Assembly: GCF_006345805.1 (NCBI RefSeq)
Contig: NC_043001.1
Location: 59,086,001 to 59,150,000, forward strand
Length of the DNA stretch: 64,000 nt
DNA from: Octopus sinensis
Lineage: Eukaryota
Direction: 5' to 3'
The first letter of the stretch is position 1. Each line of letters opens with the position of its first letter. Shown piece after piece: positions 1 through 10,627 of the stretch. The notes below the pieces were generated by a model. That model was not told the DNA's origin. It saw only the letters and a program-made list of their open reading frames with translations, and ran no database searches. A program made the translations under genes and the position numbers.

Positions 1-450
1 AGCATTTCAAACATCACTGTACCGACATACTCCGTGGACGATTTCCGTCTCCCTTCGATGTATATTGTGTTTTTAAACGTCTGGAAGAGATGCTATCTGC
101 AGATTAGCACTGTATTGCACTTGCCTTTCAGTGACGCATTTACCTTAATGAAACGTGGATGGCTATTTTATTTCAATACGGGTGCCTTTTCGTAATACCA
201 ACAAACGGTCATTCACTGTCTACTTCTATACAAGTGTTGACAAATCTCGTCTAAGCATATAGTTAATTGTGCGTACACGACATTGACAGAGCCCATATTG
301 GTAGAGATACATTTGGTGATTTCGCAAGCTACCTTTGGGATGCTTGCTGTGGATTTTCTATTATATACGATGTCTTTAATTATAGTCCATCCATAAGCGT
401 TGTTATCTCCAGGCGAATACCGAAGTAGAATAGATTTGCATTTCAGTGTT
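1..450 (-). pseudogene. Highly degenerate mariner-like transposase remnant
   Basis: Minus-strand peptide ISTNMGSVNVVYAQLTICLDEICQ loosely resembles the mariner segment LGMSKVCARWVPHQLT..QK; weak similarity only, many stops. Confidence 0.3.
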
Positions 451-594
451 CTAACTACACTATAGACCACTAATAAATTTTAATATTACTTCTATTTCAT
501 GTAGCTGATACATATGTATTGTCTTTCTCTCTCTCTTTCTCTCTCTCTCTTCCCTCTCTTACACACACATGCAAACACATGCAAACACACACAG

Positions 595-668
<74 letters not shown>

Positions 669-2240
669 CATGCATATTTATACTCATATGTAATATACAT
701 ATACGAACATAGCACCACTCTAATATATGTGGTCACATCTTCATAATTATATGAAACATACTGTATATTTGTATGTGTACACATTTTAGATGGCATACTC
801 TAAGGCAGAGACAGAGAAGATTTGAAATATTAAATATATGAAGTGATTCATATGTATGATTACGTTCATATATACAGGCGTGGTGAACATTCCTCCAGTG
901 AACAGATGCGTCTTAGAAATATCTATTGCATTTGTGAATACACAGTTGACTTCACTTTAATTTTCCTTATCATTAATGGTTTGGTAAAATATAAAAAAAA
1001 TATTGTGATGATAATGCAAAATAATAAAAAGCTGATAAAATTTCCTAAACACTTATACTTTCTCCTTTGTTCCCTCCCTTCTTCCTTTCTTTTCAATCAA
1101 TGTTTGTAAAATTACAAATTTTTTCCTCTTCAACAAACCTAAATTAAAACATTTCTGCTCCATGTTTATAGCCTTTATTCGAGAAAATAGCAAACATCTT
1201 CCTCATTCACCCAATCTCAAATTACAACCGTTTGTCGCCATTATTTATGCTTTATTTTTTCACATTTGTATAGAACAATTGAACGGTTTATGGACTGTTG
1301 AAGAACTGCAGGTTAATAGCCCAATATTCTTTCGATGTGAACATTCTTAAAATAGAATTTCTTTTCAGTAGAGGCGCAGATATTTTCTAACATCGTTCTT
1401 CTTTCTTTTATGATATATAAGCGCTGTAAATCATAGTCAGTTAATATTTTCAGCAACAAATATACAGATGCTCCCAGGCACACAGACATTCACACGAACA
1501 ATATGCATAATGAAGGTGATGCCTATTTTCCATTACTTCAAATATCTTACTAAAGAGACGTTCATCAATTGCCATAACTACCACTATCGTTTTTTGATAA
1601 TATAATTGTGGTTACTCTATACGTCGAGGCGTATATTGTAATCTTCCGGTCGAATTATCTGGGTTCATTAGAACAATCATGCTCTATTTCGATCTGGCAA
1701 ATTAGCAGGAAATATTTGATAGTATTTCCGATTAATGTCTAAACTATATATTCCTTTGGTGTATGGTTCTTTCTGACACTACTTCGCTTTATTTATATAG
1801 CCTGTGCTATTTAGTTAAATGCGCATTGAATATCGAAACGTTTTATACAATCGTCTTTAAATTGTGTGGTTAAAGCGGTAATTATTATTATTTTTTTTTC
1901 ACGAAAATAGTTCAGGTTTATGCAATCATAAACTAAAGTTGTCTTCGAAGATGTAAATATTAGACTTTTCTGTGCTTGTGATTCTCTAAGTATATCCTAT
2001 TAAGAGAACGCATCCTCTTTTCATTTAAGTTTTCGGCATGCTATTTTAATTAGCCTTCGATGTTTTCTCGATATATACTAATAATTTTACGTCTGTCTCT
2101 AAGTAACATAATCATGTACTAGACAAGCTGGAGTGATTGGGGTAGCTTGACAAAAATATATTTTAGTAAGGACTTCTAGCAACGTTATAAATCTCTCTTT
2201 CTTTTTCTTTCTTTTTTTTTGAGTGGGGCGGAATTATGTA

Positions 2241-2455
2241 ATAAGGTGGCGAGCTTGCAGAAACGTTAGTACGCCGGGCGAAATGCTTAGCGGCATTTCG
2301 TCTGTCTTTACGTTCTGAGTTCAAATTCCGCCGAAGTCAATTTTGCCTTTCATCTTTTCAGGGTTGATAAATTAAGTACCAGTTGCGTACTGAATCGATC
2401 TAATCGACTGACCCCCTCCCCCCAAATTTCCGGGCCTTGTGCCTAGAGTAGAGTG
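2241..2455 (+). mobile_element. tRNA-derived SINE, family B (head GGCGGCGAGCTGGCAGAA)
   Basis: A-box-like TGGCGAGCTTGCAGAA, B-box GAGTTCAAATTCC, central CTTTCATC..GGGTTGATAAATTAAGTACCAG; homologous copies at 16205, 20305, 58170 and 62522. Confidence 0.85.
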
Positions 2456-2511
2456 GACTAAAAATCTACACATGCGCAAACGGACAAAACAGCCGTTCAT
2501 TTCCTTTAATA

Positions 2512-2548
2512 GGCGTAGGAGTGGCTGTGTGGTAAGTAGCTTGCTTAC
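2512..2548 (+). mobile_element. SINE family A 5' head, interrupted by an insertion
   Basis: GGCGTAGGAGTGGCTGTGTGGTAAGTAGCTTGCTTAC matches the intact head at 39214-39178 (minus) but is not followed by the expected CAACCACATGG. Confidence 0.85.
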
Positions 2549-3135
2549 TTCAGTACAGAGCGGACGCGTTTTTTTCGCGGTGGAAATCACGTCGGTGTGT
2601 GTCAGCGTCGTGAAATAGTGAAACACGACTACTAGGTAAGACATCTGTTCTGGGGGGACCTAGTGGGTGTCTGTTGTTCGTATTATTTATTTTTTGTCAA
2701 ACGAGAGGTCTCCACTTGGTTCCATGCATTTGTCTGCTAGTGGTCGTGCTTAAAGTCTCAGTTTGTTTTGGGAGGTGTATCTCTCCTGAAAATTCGTTTT
2801 TTTGTGTTTATTATTGACTTTAATTTGAATTTTTGAACTTTTGAGTTGAATATTTTACAATGAGAAATGCTTTTGATAAGGAAAAGCAGTAAGTTGTTGT
2901 GAAATGAACGTACTAATGATATGTGAATATCAGTAAGTAATAGGGAAATGAATTTACAAATGCTGAATGGTGTCAACGCTTTTGCTGAAATTCCAAGGCT
3001 GTATAACAAGAATGCCGGGCAAGGCCTTGTGTGGTTGTCTTTTTGTTGGTGTGTCGATGATGAATTTCGTTTCGCTGTGAATTTGTGTTTGTGTGATTAT
3101 GGCTTCACTGTCAGATTGTCTCTGCTTATGTGAAA
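2549..3135 (+). mobile_element. Degenerate 5' portion (5'UTR plus ORF1 remnant) of a Tx1-like retroelement
   Basis: Starts TTCAGTACAGAGCGGACGCG, versus TTCAGCCAGAGTGGACGCG at 4505-4523; T-rich pre-ATG tract similar to 5101-5172; peptide GLVWLSF..EFRFAVNL aligns with ATVWLLF..ACKFASKL of the 5173 ORF1. Confidence 0.6.
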
Positions 3136-3590
3136 GCAATTTTTATATTTATATCTGATCGGAGATGTTAGAAACATAAGTGTATCTGTAACATGAATGA
3201 ATATACGTGTGTGTGTGTATGTGTGTGTGTGTATGTGTGTGTGTGTGTGTGTGTTTGTGTGTGTATGTGTGTTTGTGTGTGTCAGTGTGCGTGGTTGTGT
3301 GCGTGTTTGTGTGCGTGGGTGTATGTGTTTGTCTTCTTTTAAAGAGGGAAAAAGAGGGAAACGGGCAGAAAAATATAACGCCGCTATTTCTTTAGAGTTC
3401 TGCTCTGCTGGTGAAAGTAGACAAAACACCCAGGCGTATAAATGAGATGATGTCTAAATTACGTTTCTGGGACAGACAGACAGAAAGTCACTTTCATATA
3501 AATATATATATAGATATACATACATATTTATGTATGTATGTATGTGTGTATGTATGTATGTATGTATGTATGTATGTATGTATGTATGTA

Positions 3591-3637
<47 letters not shown>

Positions 3638-3789
3638 TGCCCCCTCGTTATCCATTGCACGAAGATTAATCAACGTTGTTATCGTGCAGTGCCTGTGCAA
3701 GAAGATTTTTTTAAATCACGAAAGGCTGTGCACTGAGTCAAACCCACTCACTAAGCAACAGCAGCCATAATCCGAAAAGAAGAACAAGT

Positions 3790-4170
3790 CAACATCATCG
3801 GTAACCACTAAGCCGCAGATTTTATATCGGAGTTATCCCAGTCACCTGAGTTACCTTCTCCTAGAAGGATGCCCTAACAAAGGCTAGGAGTCCTTCACTC
3901 CCAATTATTTCACCGCGCGATCGGGTATTCAGTCCGATTATTTCTATGTCCCCGCGCATGATACCGCCTTAAGACATTTATTGGATGGCCGTTCACTCTC
4001 AAGAGTTCCTCCGCCTTTTGATGGGTTTTGTTTTTCATCCCGCAGGGTGTCCAATAAACACCCTCCTCACCAAGCAAGCTTGGTAGGGTTGCCGGTTTAG
4101 TTGCCGATGACCGACCATGCAACAGGTTGTACTGGGTTACATGTTACCAGTAGCACTCGAAAATGACCTG
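3790..4170 (-). mobile_element. Probable RTE-clade LINE 5'UTR fragment
   Basis: Minus strand contains GGCATCCTTCTAGGAGAAGGTAACTC...TAAAATCTGCGG, resembling the motif I recall from RTE 5'UTRs; GC-richer than the flanks. Confidence 0.4.
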
Positions 4171-4172
4171 AC

Positions 4173-4210
<38 letters not shown>

Positions 4211-4437
4211 ATCAAAATAAGCAACAAGAATACCCAGACGTAATGCAGTACGATCGTTTCATGCAATTCCAATTAATTGAACAAAGCAATCATTACATCA
4301 ATTTAAAATTTAGAGCAATCTTTAGCTGCAGAAAGGCATAGAATTTAATTAAATTAGAACAGATGGACACATTAGTATAATTATACCTAAAATATCCAAG
4401 AAGTTAAGGAGATAGACAAAGAACCTACAACAGTAAA

Positions 4438-4474
4438 GGCGAAGGAGTGGCTGTGTGGTAAGTAGCTTGCTAAC
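4438..4474 (+). mobile_element. SINE family A 5' head (left half of a split SINE)
   Basis: GGCGAAGGAGTGGCTGTGTGGTAAGTAGCTTGCTAAC; the SINE continues at 6738. Confidence 0.9.
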
Positions 4475-5172
4475 ACACATGCGCAGTTAGTCAGTTGCTT
4501 CCTGTTCAGCCAGAGTGGACGCGAGTCAACCAGCTCCGTCCAATTAAAGAAAAAAGACCAAAAACGGAAAGTTGTCGAGGTAAGTGATTTTGTTTATTGT
4601 GAGTTGGGCATAATTTATTGCGTGCCAATTATTATTTCAGTAAGTTGTGTCCAACTCTGAGACAATTTCGCCTGCTCTCGGCGGCTGCCGTTTTTGTGTT
4701 CATTGAAGAAAAAAAGAAAAAACAGTGGAGGGGCGTATCCTCGGAATTCAATACAGTTACTGTTAAAATTACCGTTGGCGGTAGCCAGTGCTGTGTTTGG
4801 GTTTGTTGAATTTATTCCCTTGTCAGAGTACTTCGCAAGAAAATTATAAAAATAAGCCACTATTGGATTACCTTTCGGACCCATTTTTGTGGAGGTTGTG
4901 TTGCAGTTGCGGCGTTCCAGGTTCAACCCAGGCCGGGAGTACCGCAAGGCCAGAATATTTTTGCTGTGTTTTTTCTGTTTATTAACTTTCTTTTGAACTT
5001 CATTTAACCCCCCCTTTTGTTTTTTTCTTTATTGCGACTTTCCGTTGATTTCTTCCCTTCTGTTGTGCTTTCTCCTTTTTGTTTTTTCAAAAATCTATCA
5101 AATTTTATTTGGACTTTTGAACTTTTTTCTTCTTGCCTTTTGAGTTTAATTTGAATATATTTAAAAAAAAAC

Positions 5173-6039
5173 ATGGCAATGAAAAATAACAAAATCTTGG
5201 AATGGGAAATCATACCACCTAAAAAGTGGTTAAAAGACCGTGAAGATAGGACGGTGGTGTTGAGAACCTACTCCAAGGCACTCGACACCATCGCCCTATT
5301 CGAAAAGACGGCAATTGAAAAGGAGTTGGAAGAGTATTTGCCAACAATTAAATTCATTTCCAGGGGTGTCAAATATGCAACGGTGTGGTTGCTATTTGAC
5401 ACCCCTGAAGAGGCTTGCAAATTTGCTAGCAAACTCCTGGAGGGTAAGGAAATCTTATTCCTGCCCACGTACAAAAAAAAGAAATTGATGAAAGCTTGGA
5501 TTTGCGGACTGCCACCCGACATAGAACCCGAGTGGATAGAGGAGACTATCCGCCGGGGTCTGGGTGGCAGCGAAACTAAGCTCCTTAATGTAAAAGTTCT
5601 TCCTGCGGCTGCTTGGGTTGGGTCAAAAGCAATTTTGACCCTGTGGACCCAATCAGCCAATCTGGTTCTTCCAGATTTTTTGAAAATGGCCGGGTGCCGG
5701 TACCCGGTGATGCTTGAGGGTCGCCCCCCTAAGTGTCATCGGTGCTTGGAGTCCGGCCACATAAAGAAGAACTGTCCTCGGGAACAAAATAGGATCCCGG
5801 AACAGTTAAGTAAAACCCCTCTAGAAGAGGGAACGATAACGGCCGAGAAAGCAGCGGACTCCTCAAACAGAGGCCGAAAGAGGAAGGTGAGCAACAATGG
5901 GTGCTCACCAAAGGATAATAGGGATGAGGAGAGGAAGGCGAATCTTCCAGCCACGGAGGAGACGCACCCTCCCTCAGTTGAAAAGGGAAAAAAAAGAAAA
6001 AGAGGAAGAAAAGCGGGACATTACCGGTTGTCAGTGTAG
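5173..6039 (+). CDS. ORF1 (gag-like nucleic-acid-binding protein) of Tx1/L1-like element, 288 aa
   Basis: CX2CX4HX4C knuckle CHRCLESGHIKKNC preceded by YPVMLEGRPPK (typical L1/Tx1 ORF1 context); basic low-complexity tail. Confidence 0.85.
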   Translation: MAMKNNKILEWEIIPPKKWLKDREDRTVVLRTYSKALDTIALFEKTAIEKELEEYLPTIKFISRGVKYATVWLLFDTPEEACKFASKLLEGKEILFLPTYKKKKLMKAWICGLPPDIEPEWIEETIRRGLGGSETKLLNVKVLPAAAWVGSKAILTLWTQSANLVLPDFLKMAGCRYPVMLEGRPPKCHRCLESGHIKKNCPREQNRIPEQLSKTPLEEGTITAEKAADSSNRGRKRKVSNNGCSPKDNRDEERKANLPATEETHPPSVEKGKKRKRGRKAGHYRLSV

Positions 6040-6413
6040 CACCGGAATGTCCCGGAACTACGTCGGTTGGGGTTGTGTCACCGACAAGAGAAGGAATACC
6101 GTTGGCGAGAACTGTGCCGCCAACGAAAGAACTGAACGTATTGGTCCTCTTCTATAGAGGAGGAGAAATTGAAAAAAAAATGATGGAGGAGCACCACAAG
6201 GGAGCACCTTTAGCCTTCACACAGGACCCCGAATGGCCTCCGCAGATAGCTGTGGAGGCCGTGGCGTTCGACGTAACGCTTGGGCTAAAGGAGCTCAATG
6301 AAGATTATAGCTTGGTCCCGGGCGACGTGAACTCGGAACTTGATTACGTTCTGAGGGAGGTGTGGTTGATGGTGGAGGGCGCGGGCACAAGCTATTTCGA
6401 GGACGATATGTAA
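5982..6413 (+). CDS. -1 frame continuation of ORF1 (probable true C-terminus)
   Basis: Frame is open from 5982 to TAA at 6411-6413 and overlaps ORF1 across the GGGAAAAAAAAG run (5985-5996); one extra A gives a single 413 aa ORF. Confidence 0.6.
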   Translation, partial: KGKKKKKRKKSGTLPVVSVAPECPGTTSVGVVSPTREGIPLARTVPPTKELNVLVLFYRGGEIEKKMMEEHHKGAPLAFTQDPEWPPQIAVEAVAFDVTLGLKELNEDYSLVPGDVNSELDYVLREVWLMVEGAGTSYFEDDM

Positions 6414-6737
6414 TTATTGAACTGTTAGTATTAATAATGGACTGCTAAGTCCAAAAATTGAAAAATTGTAAGAGGTTTAATACCTCGTTTTGTATTTTTA
6501 TTAATAATGGACTGCTAAGTCCAAAAATTGGAAAAATTGTAAGAGGTTTAATACCTCGTTTTGTGTTTATCTTTAAAAAGAACAATGTTTTAGAGAAGCG
6601 AAAGTCGGCGGGCGCTTTTTGTCTTCTCCCATCCTTATCATCTGTCTTTCATTATCATTCACTTCATTAATGTCCTCGTCCAGCCCGCAAAGCTAACTTA
6701 ATCTGTGTACTGCCTTTATGGCAAATGTTTTGAAATA

Positions 6738-6877
6738 AAGTAGCTTGCTAACCAACCACATGGTTCCGGGTTCAGTCCCACTGCGTGGCATCTTGGGCAA
6801 GTGTCTTCTCGTATAGCCCCGGGCCGACCAATGCCTTGTGAGTGGATTTGGTAGACGGAAACTGAAAAAAGCCTGTC

Positions 6878-6914
<37 letters not shown>

Positions 6915-7146
6915 TGTGTGTGTATATGTTTGTGTGTCTGTGTTTGTCCCCCTAGCATTGCTTGACAACCGATGCTGGTGTGTTTACGTCCCCGTCACTT
7001 AGCGGTTCGGCAAAAGAGACCGACAGTATAAGTACTGGACTTACAAAGAATAAGTCCCGGGGTCGATTTGCTCGACTAAAGGCGGTGCTCCAGCATGGCC
7101 GCACTCAAATGACTTAAACAAGTAAAAGAGTAAAGAGTAAAGAGAG
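6738..7146 (+). mobile_element. SINE family A body (right half of the split SINE)
   Basis: CAACCACATGGTTCCGGGTTCAGTCCC (B-box), internal (TA)n/(TG)n, conserved 3' half, AGTAAAAG tandem tail; same structure as 38794-39214. Confidence 0.92.
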
Positions 7147-7798
7147 TATAGCCGTAAGTAAAATCTACAAGACACTGCCTGTCACTGATTTTTTTTTGTT
7201 TTTTTATGGGATCATTTTTTAAATTTATAGACTAGTTTACCAAATCCCTTGTATATTTAAGCCTTATTACAGAGGTAGACTAATAAAGATAAAGAACTAT
7301 TAGACAAAGGTTTAATTTAAAGATTTCAGATATGCAGTGTTCGCTTGGTGAGATACCGGATGTAAATATGTTAAGATACTCAGGTAATGGTTTGCAGCTG
7401 TTTACTCAACATGCAGGAAATAAACACATAACTTAAACTACCTCTGAAGAGATTCCACTTCCAAATAATTTTTAATTTAATTAATTAATTTTCTGAAGCT
7501 CTGGAATTGAAACAGCTGTAAGAGATGTCAATTTTTTAATTAATAAATAATAATTTATTAATTACCTCTCCATTTTCTCATCTTATTCTAGTAAATAGAT
7601 ATTTATGAACCACGGTTTATATAGTTACTTTGCAGTTGAGTGTTAACTGTAGTGTTCAATATTCTTTGTATAGGTATCTAAGCCCAGTACTTTCATAGGA
7701 TTTTGCTATCCTTGAATGAGGTTTGTAACCTATATTTGTACATACATATATACCTAGGTATATTCCCCATTTTTAGGTGGGATAGCCACAACAAGAAA

Positions 7799-8765
7799 TA
7801 TTCCATTCATTTCCCAACTCAAATGGACGAGCGTCGTTCAATGCTCGGGTCAAGGCATAGAATACAACCTCCAATATCAGCAACGGGGCCCGACAGTATA
7901 AGCTGGTTTACCTCAGCCGTCTCATGCTCGTTCCGTACTCCTTTGAGTAACATCAAATTTGACTCATCCGTCCACAAACACTTTCCAAGCCTTCCTATCA
8001 TTTATAAAAGCTCTTGCCTCTCTCACGCCAACAACTCTAACCACCAAAGCTTTCTTCACCCCATCCATCCACACAAACTGAGGTATGCCTCTTGTTCTGC
8101 TGCCTACCAGTTCCACCTTCATCACACTCCTTACCATCCGCCCCTCACCCATCCTATCCAAGTTACCAAGTCACTTCGACATTCGTCTATCCAATTTGGT
8201 TGCCAGTTGTTCTCTCAGTCCTGCCCGACTGTGCACCTCCTCATTCTTCATCCAGTCCAGCCATGCCAACCCAACTATAGCCCTCAGATATCTCATCTCA
8301 AACACATTTAGACGCGCCTTTCTGCCTCTTTCAGCCACGTATCTGCACTTCCATGTCTCAGCACTACATAACATTGTCCGTACAATCACGCCCTCATACA
8401 CGCCTCTTTTCACTTTCATAATCAACCTTTTATCTCTCAGCATACCTTTCACAACTGCGAGTATCTTACTCCCCTCCCTCCTTCTGTATCCCACTTTCTC
8501 AGCCAACCCCACATCTAACGGCACATTTGAACCCAGATACTTAAAAGCATTCACCTCCTCTAACATCGTAGCATATATATTCCCATTCATCCTGCCATCC
8601 TACCAGCCATTGCATCTCTCGACACCTTAAACTTAGCTTCATGCACTTTCAGTTTCCTCCACTCTACACCCACGTATACCTGGAGCCTCCCAGTTTGCCA
8701 TCTTCCGCTAGGATTCCCTCACCTCCTCTCTTCCGGTCACACTGTAGTTCAGTTTGCTAACAATT
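7799..8765 (-). pseudogene. 5'-truncated RTE-clade LINE (RT C-terminus plus 3'UTR)
   Basis: LEEVNAFKYLGS, KRGVYEGVIVRTMLCSAETW, RLNVFEMRYLRAIVG, RMGEGRMVRSVM...GSRTRGIPQFVWMDGVKKAL; frameshifted. Confidence 0.85.
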
Positions 8766-8834
8766 CCCTGTGTGTGTGTGTGCATCAACATAGGCATATA
8801 CATATGCATGCATACATATATGTATATGTATATA

Positions 8835-8873
<39 letters not shown>

Positions 8874-8934
8874 GTCTAATGTAGGATACAATTATTTTGA
8901 AAAAGAAAGTTTTATCAATGGCCAGCATATTAAA

Positions 8935-9250
8935 AAATACCTTTAAAGGTTAAATTTATAAACAACTTATAAATAAGGGCAAACGAAAAAATTTATAATG
9001 CCAATATAACTTATAAATAAGGGCAAGCGAAAAAATTTCTAATGCCAAATATGCCGAAACTAGACACATTGTCCATAACCATATAATTTATCACAATAAG
9101 CACGCTACTCGACAGAAATTTCTAAATTATATGGTTATGGACAATGTGTCTAGTTTCGGCATATTGGCATTATAAATTTTTTCGTTTGCCCTTATTTATA
9201 AGTTGTTTATAAATTTAACCATTAAAGGTATTTAACCTTTAAAGGTATTT
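8935..9250. repeat. Foldback / MITE-like inverted repeat
   Basis: ~111 bp arms (8935-9090 carrying an internal ~44 bp tandem duplication; 9123-9233) around a 32 bp spacer. Confidence 0.9.
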
Positions 9251-9261
9251 ATATATATATA

Positions 9262-9298
<37 letters not shown>

Positions 9299-9303
<5 letters not shown>

Positions 9304-9456
9304 CATTCATTTCCCAGCTCAAATGGACGAGCGTCGTTCAATGCTCGGGTCAAGGCATAGAATACAACCTCCAATATCAGCAACGGGGCCCGACAGCATA
9401 AGCTGGTTTACCTCAGCCGTGTCATGCTCGTTCCGTACTCCTTTGAGTAACATCAA
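9299..9456 (-). repeat. 158 bp second copy of the RTE 3' end
   Basis: Matches 7799-7956 at an offset of exactly 1500 with 3 substitutions seen by eye. Confidence 0.9.
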
Positions 9457-9466
9457 TATATATATA

Positions 9467-9541
<75 letters not shown>

Positions 9542-10324
9542 ATATGTATGTCCGTATGTATTTATATCGTGCACATATGTCTATATTTATGCTAGGATAA
9601 TATATTAAGCTAAAATGTAGACCTCAAGGAAGCCCTATAGCAAATAAGTGAGGAATCAGGAAAAAGGATGCAATCAAGTAATAGTAAAAAATATGTTTGT
9701 ATTAGTTATAGAAAATTTACCTTTTACTTTTCATCAGTTATTCTTGAAATCCTATTCATAAGGTTTCCCTTTCATTTTATGCTTCTCTCCAATATTTTTT
9801 CTTTTTCAAACACGCATATTACAGACAGAAATAACTCGCATACAAACGTATACGCACACATATACACAAGCATACACACAGACACATACACTCAAAATAC
9901 ACTCTTTTCTGAAATCATGTCTCTTACATAACAATGTATTGTAAATTTAATTTCGAACGGTGTAGTGAGTAAAAAAATATAATCCATGCGTGAAAGAGTA
10001 CGCGATTTAAAACAAAATTCTAGGGAAGAATACAAATTACTCTTTCTTTTTCGTTTCAATTGTTCGTATTTATAAAATATTTAGCCATTATTATCTAAGG
10101 AATGGATTTTAATCCTCATATTGTCCTAATATATGTGTGTATGTATGTATGTATTTATGTATGTATGTATGTATGTATGTATGTATGTATGTATGTATGT
10201 ATATATATATATATTATATATATATATAATATATATATATATTTCTATACCCATAAACATATATATAGATATCTATCTATAATATATATATATGAATATA
10301 CGTATGTATATATGTGTATGTATG

Positions 10325-10363
<39 letters not shown>

Positions 10364-10627
10364 GGAGGGAGAGAGAAAGAGATGAGTATATTTTTACTGG
10401 AAGTAATTGTCAAATCTCATATTTGACCGTTCAAAGACAAACGAGATAAGACAAACTCAACATACATTCACGTATTTGGACTCACATGGACTTGTTTCTG
10501 GACTGGCAAAATAGCTTCACCATCCTCAGCACACGTTACCATGATAGAGATCCCCAACCCGTCATGTTGAGATCTGTGATACGACTGATTCTTTTTTCAC
10601 TGTATTGCAAACACCAATGTGAAAATA

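Larger units (their letters stand above)
4475..6737 (+). mobile_element. ORF1-only non-autonomous Tx1/L1-like retroelement (2263 bp) with 15 bp TSD
   Basis: Flanked by perfect direct repeat AAGTAGCTTGCTAAC (4460-4474 and 6738-6752); contains a gag-like ORF with CCHC knuckle; ends in ...GAAATA plus A-rich target; no endonuclease or RT sequence in the ~325 bp after ORF1. Confidence 0.85.

Noticed and set aside
497-800. Numerous ORF-track entries rich in YI, HT, CV, poly-I, poly-Y, poly-K or ER repeats (here and throughout, e.g. 3197-3770, 21871-22219, 31888-32328, 44199-44557)
   Set aside because: They are translations of (TA)n, (CA)n, (AAT)n, (GAA)n and (CT)n microsatellites, not genes.
7703-8630. 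Plus-strand ORFs of 202 and 181 aa
   Set aside because: Antisense shadows of the minus-strand RTE remnant; no recognisable domain.
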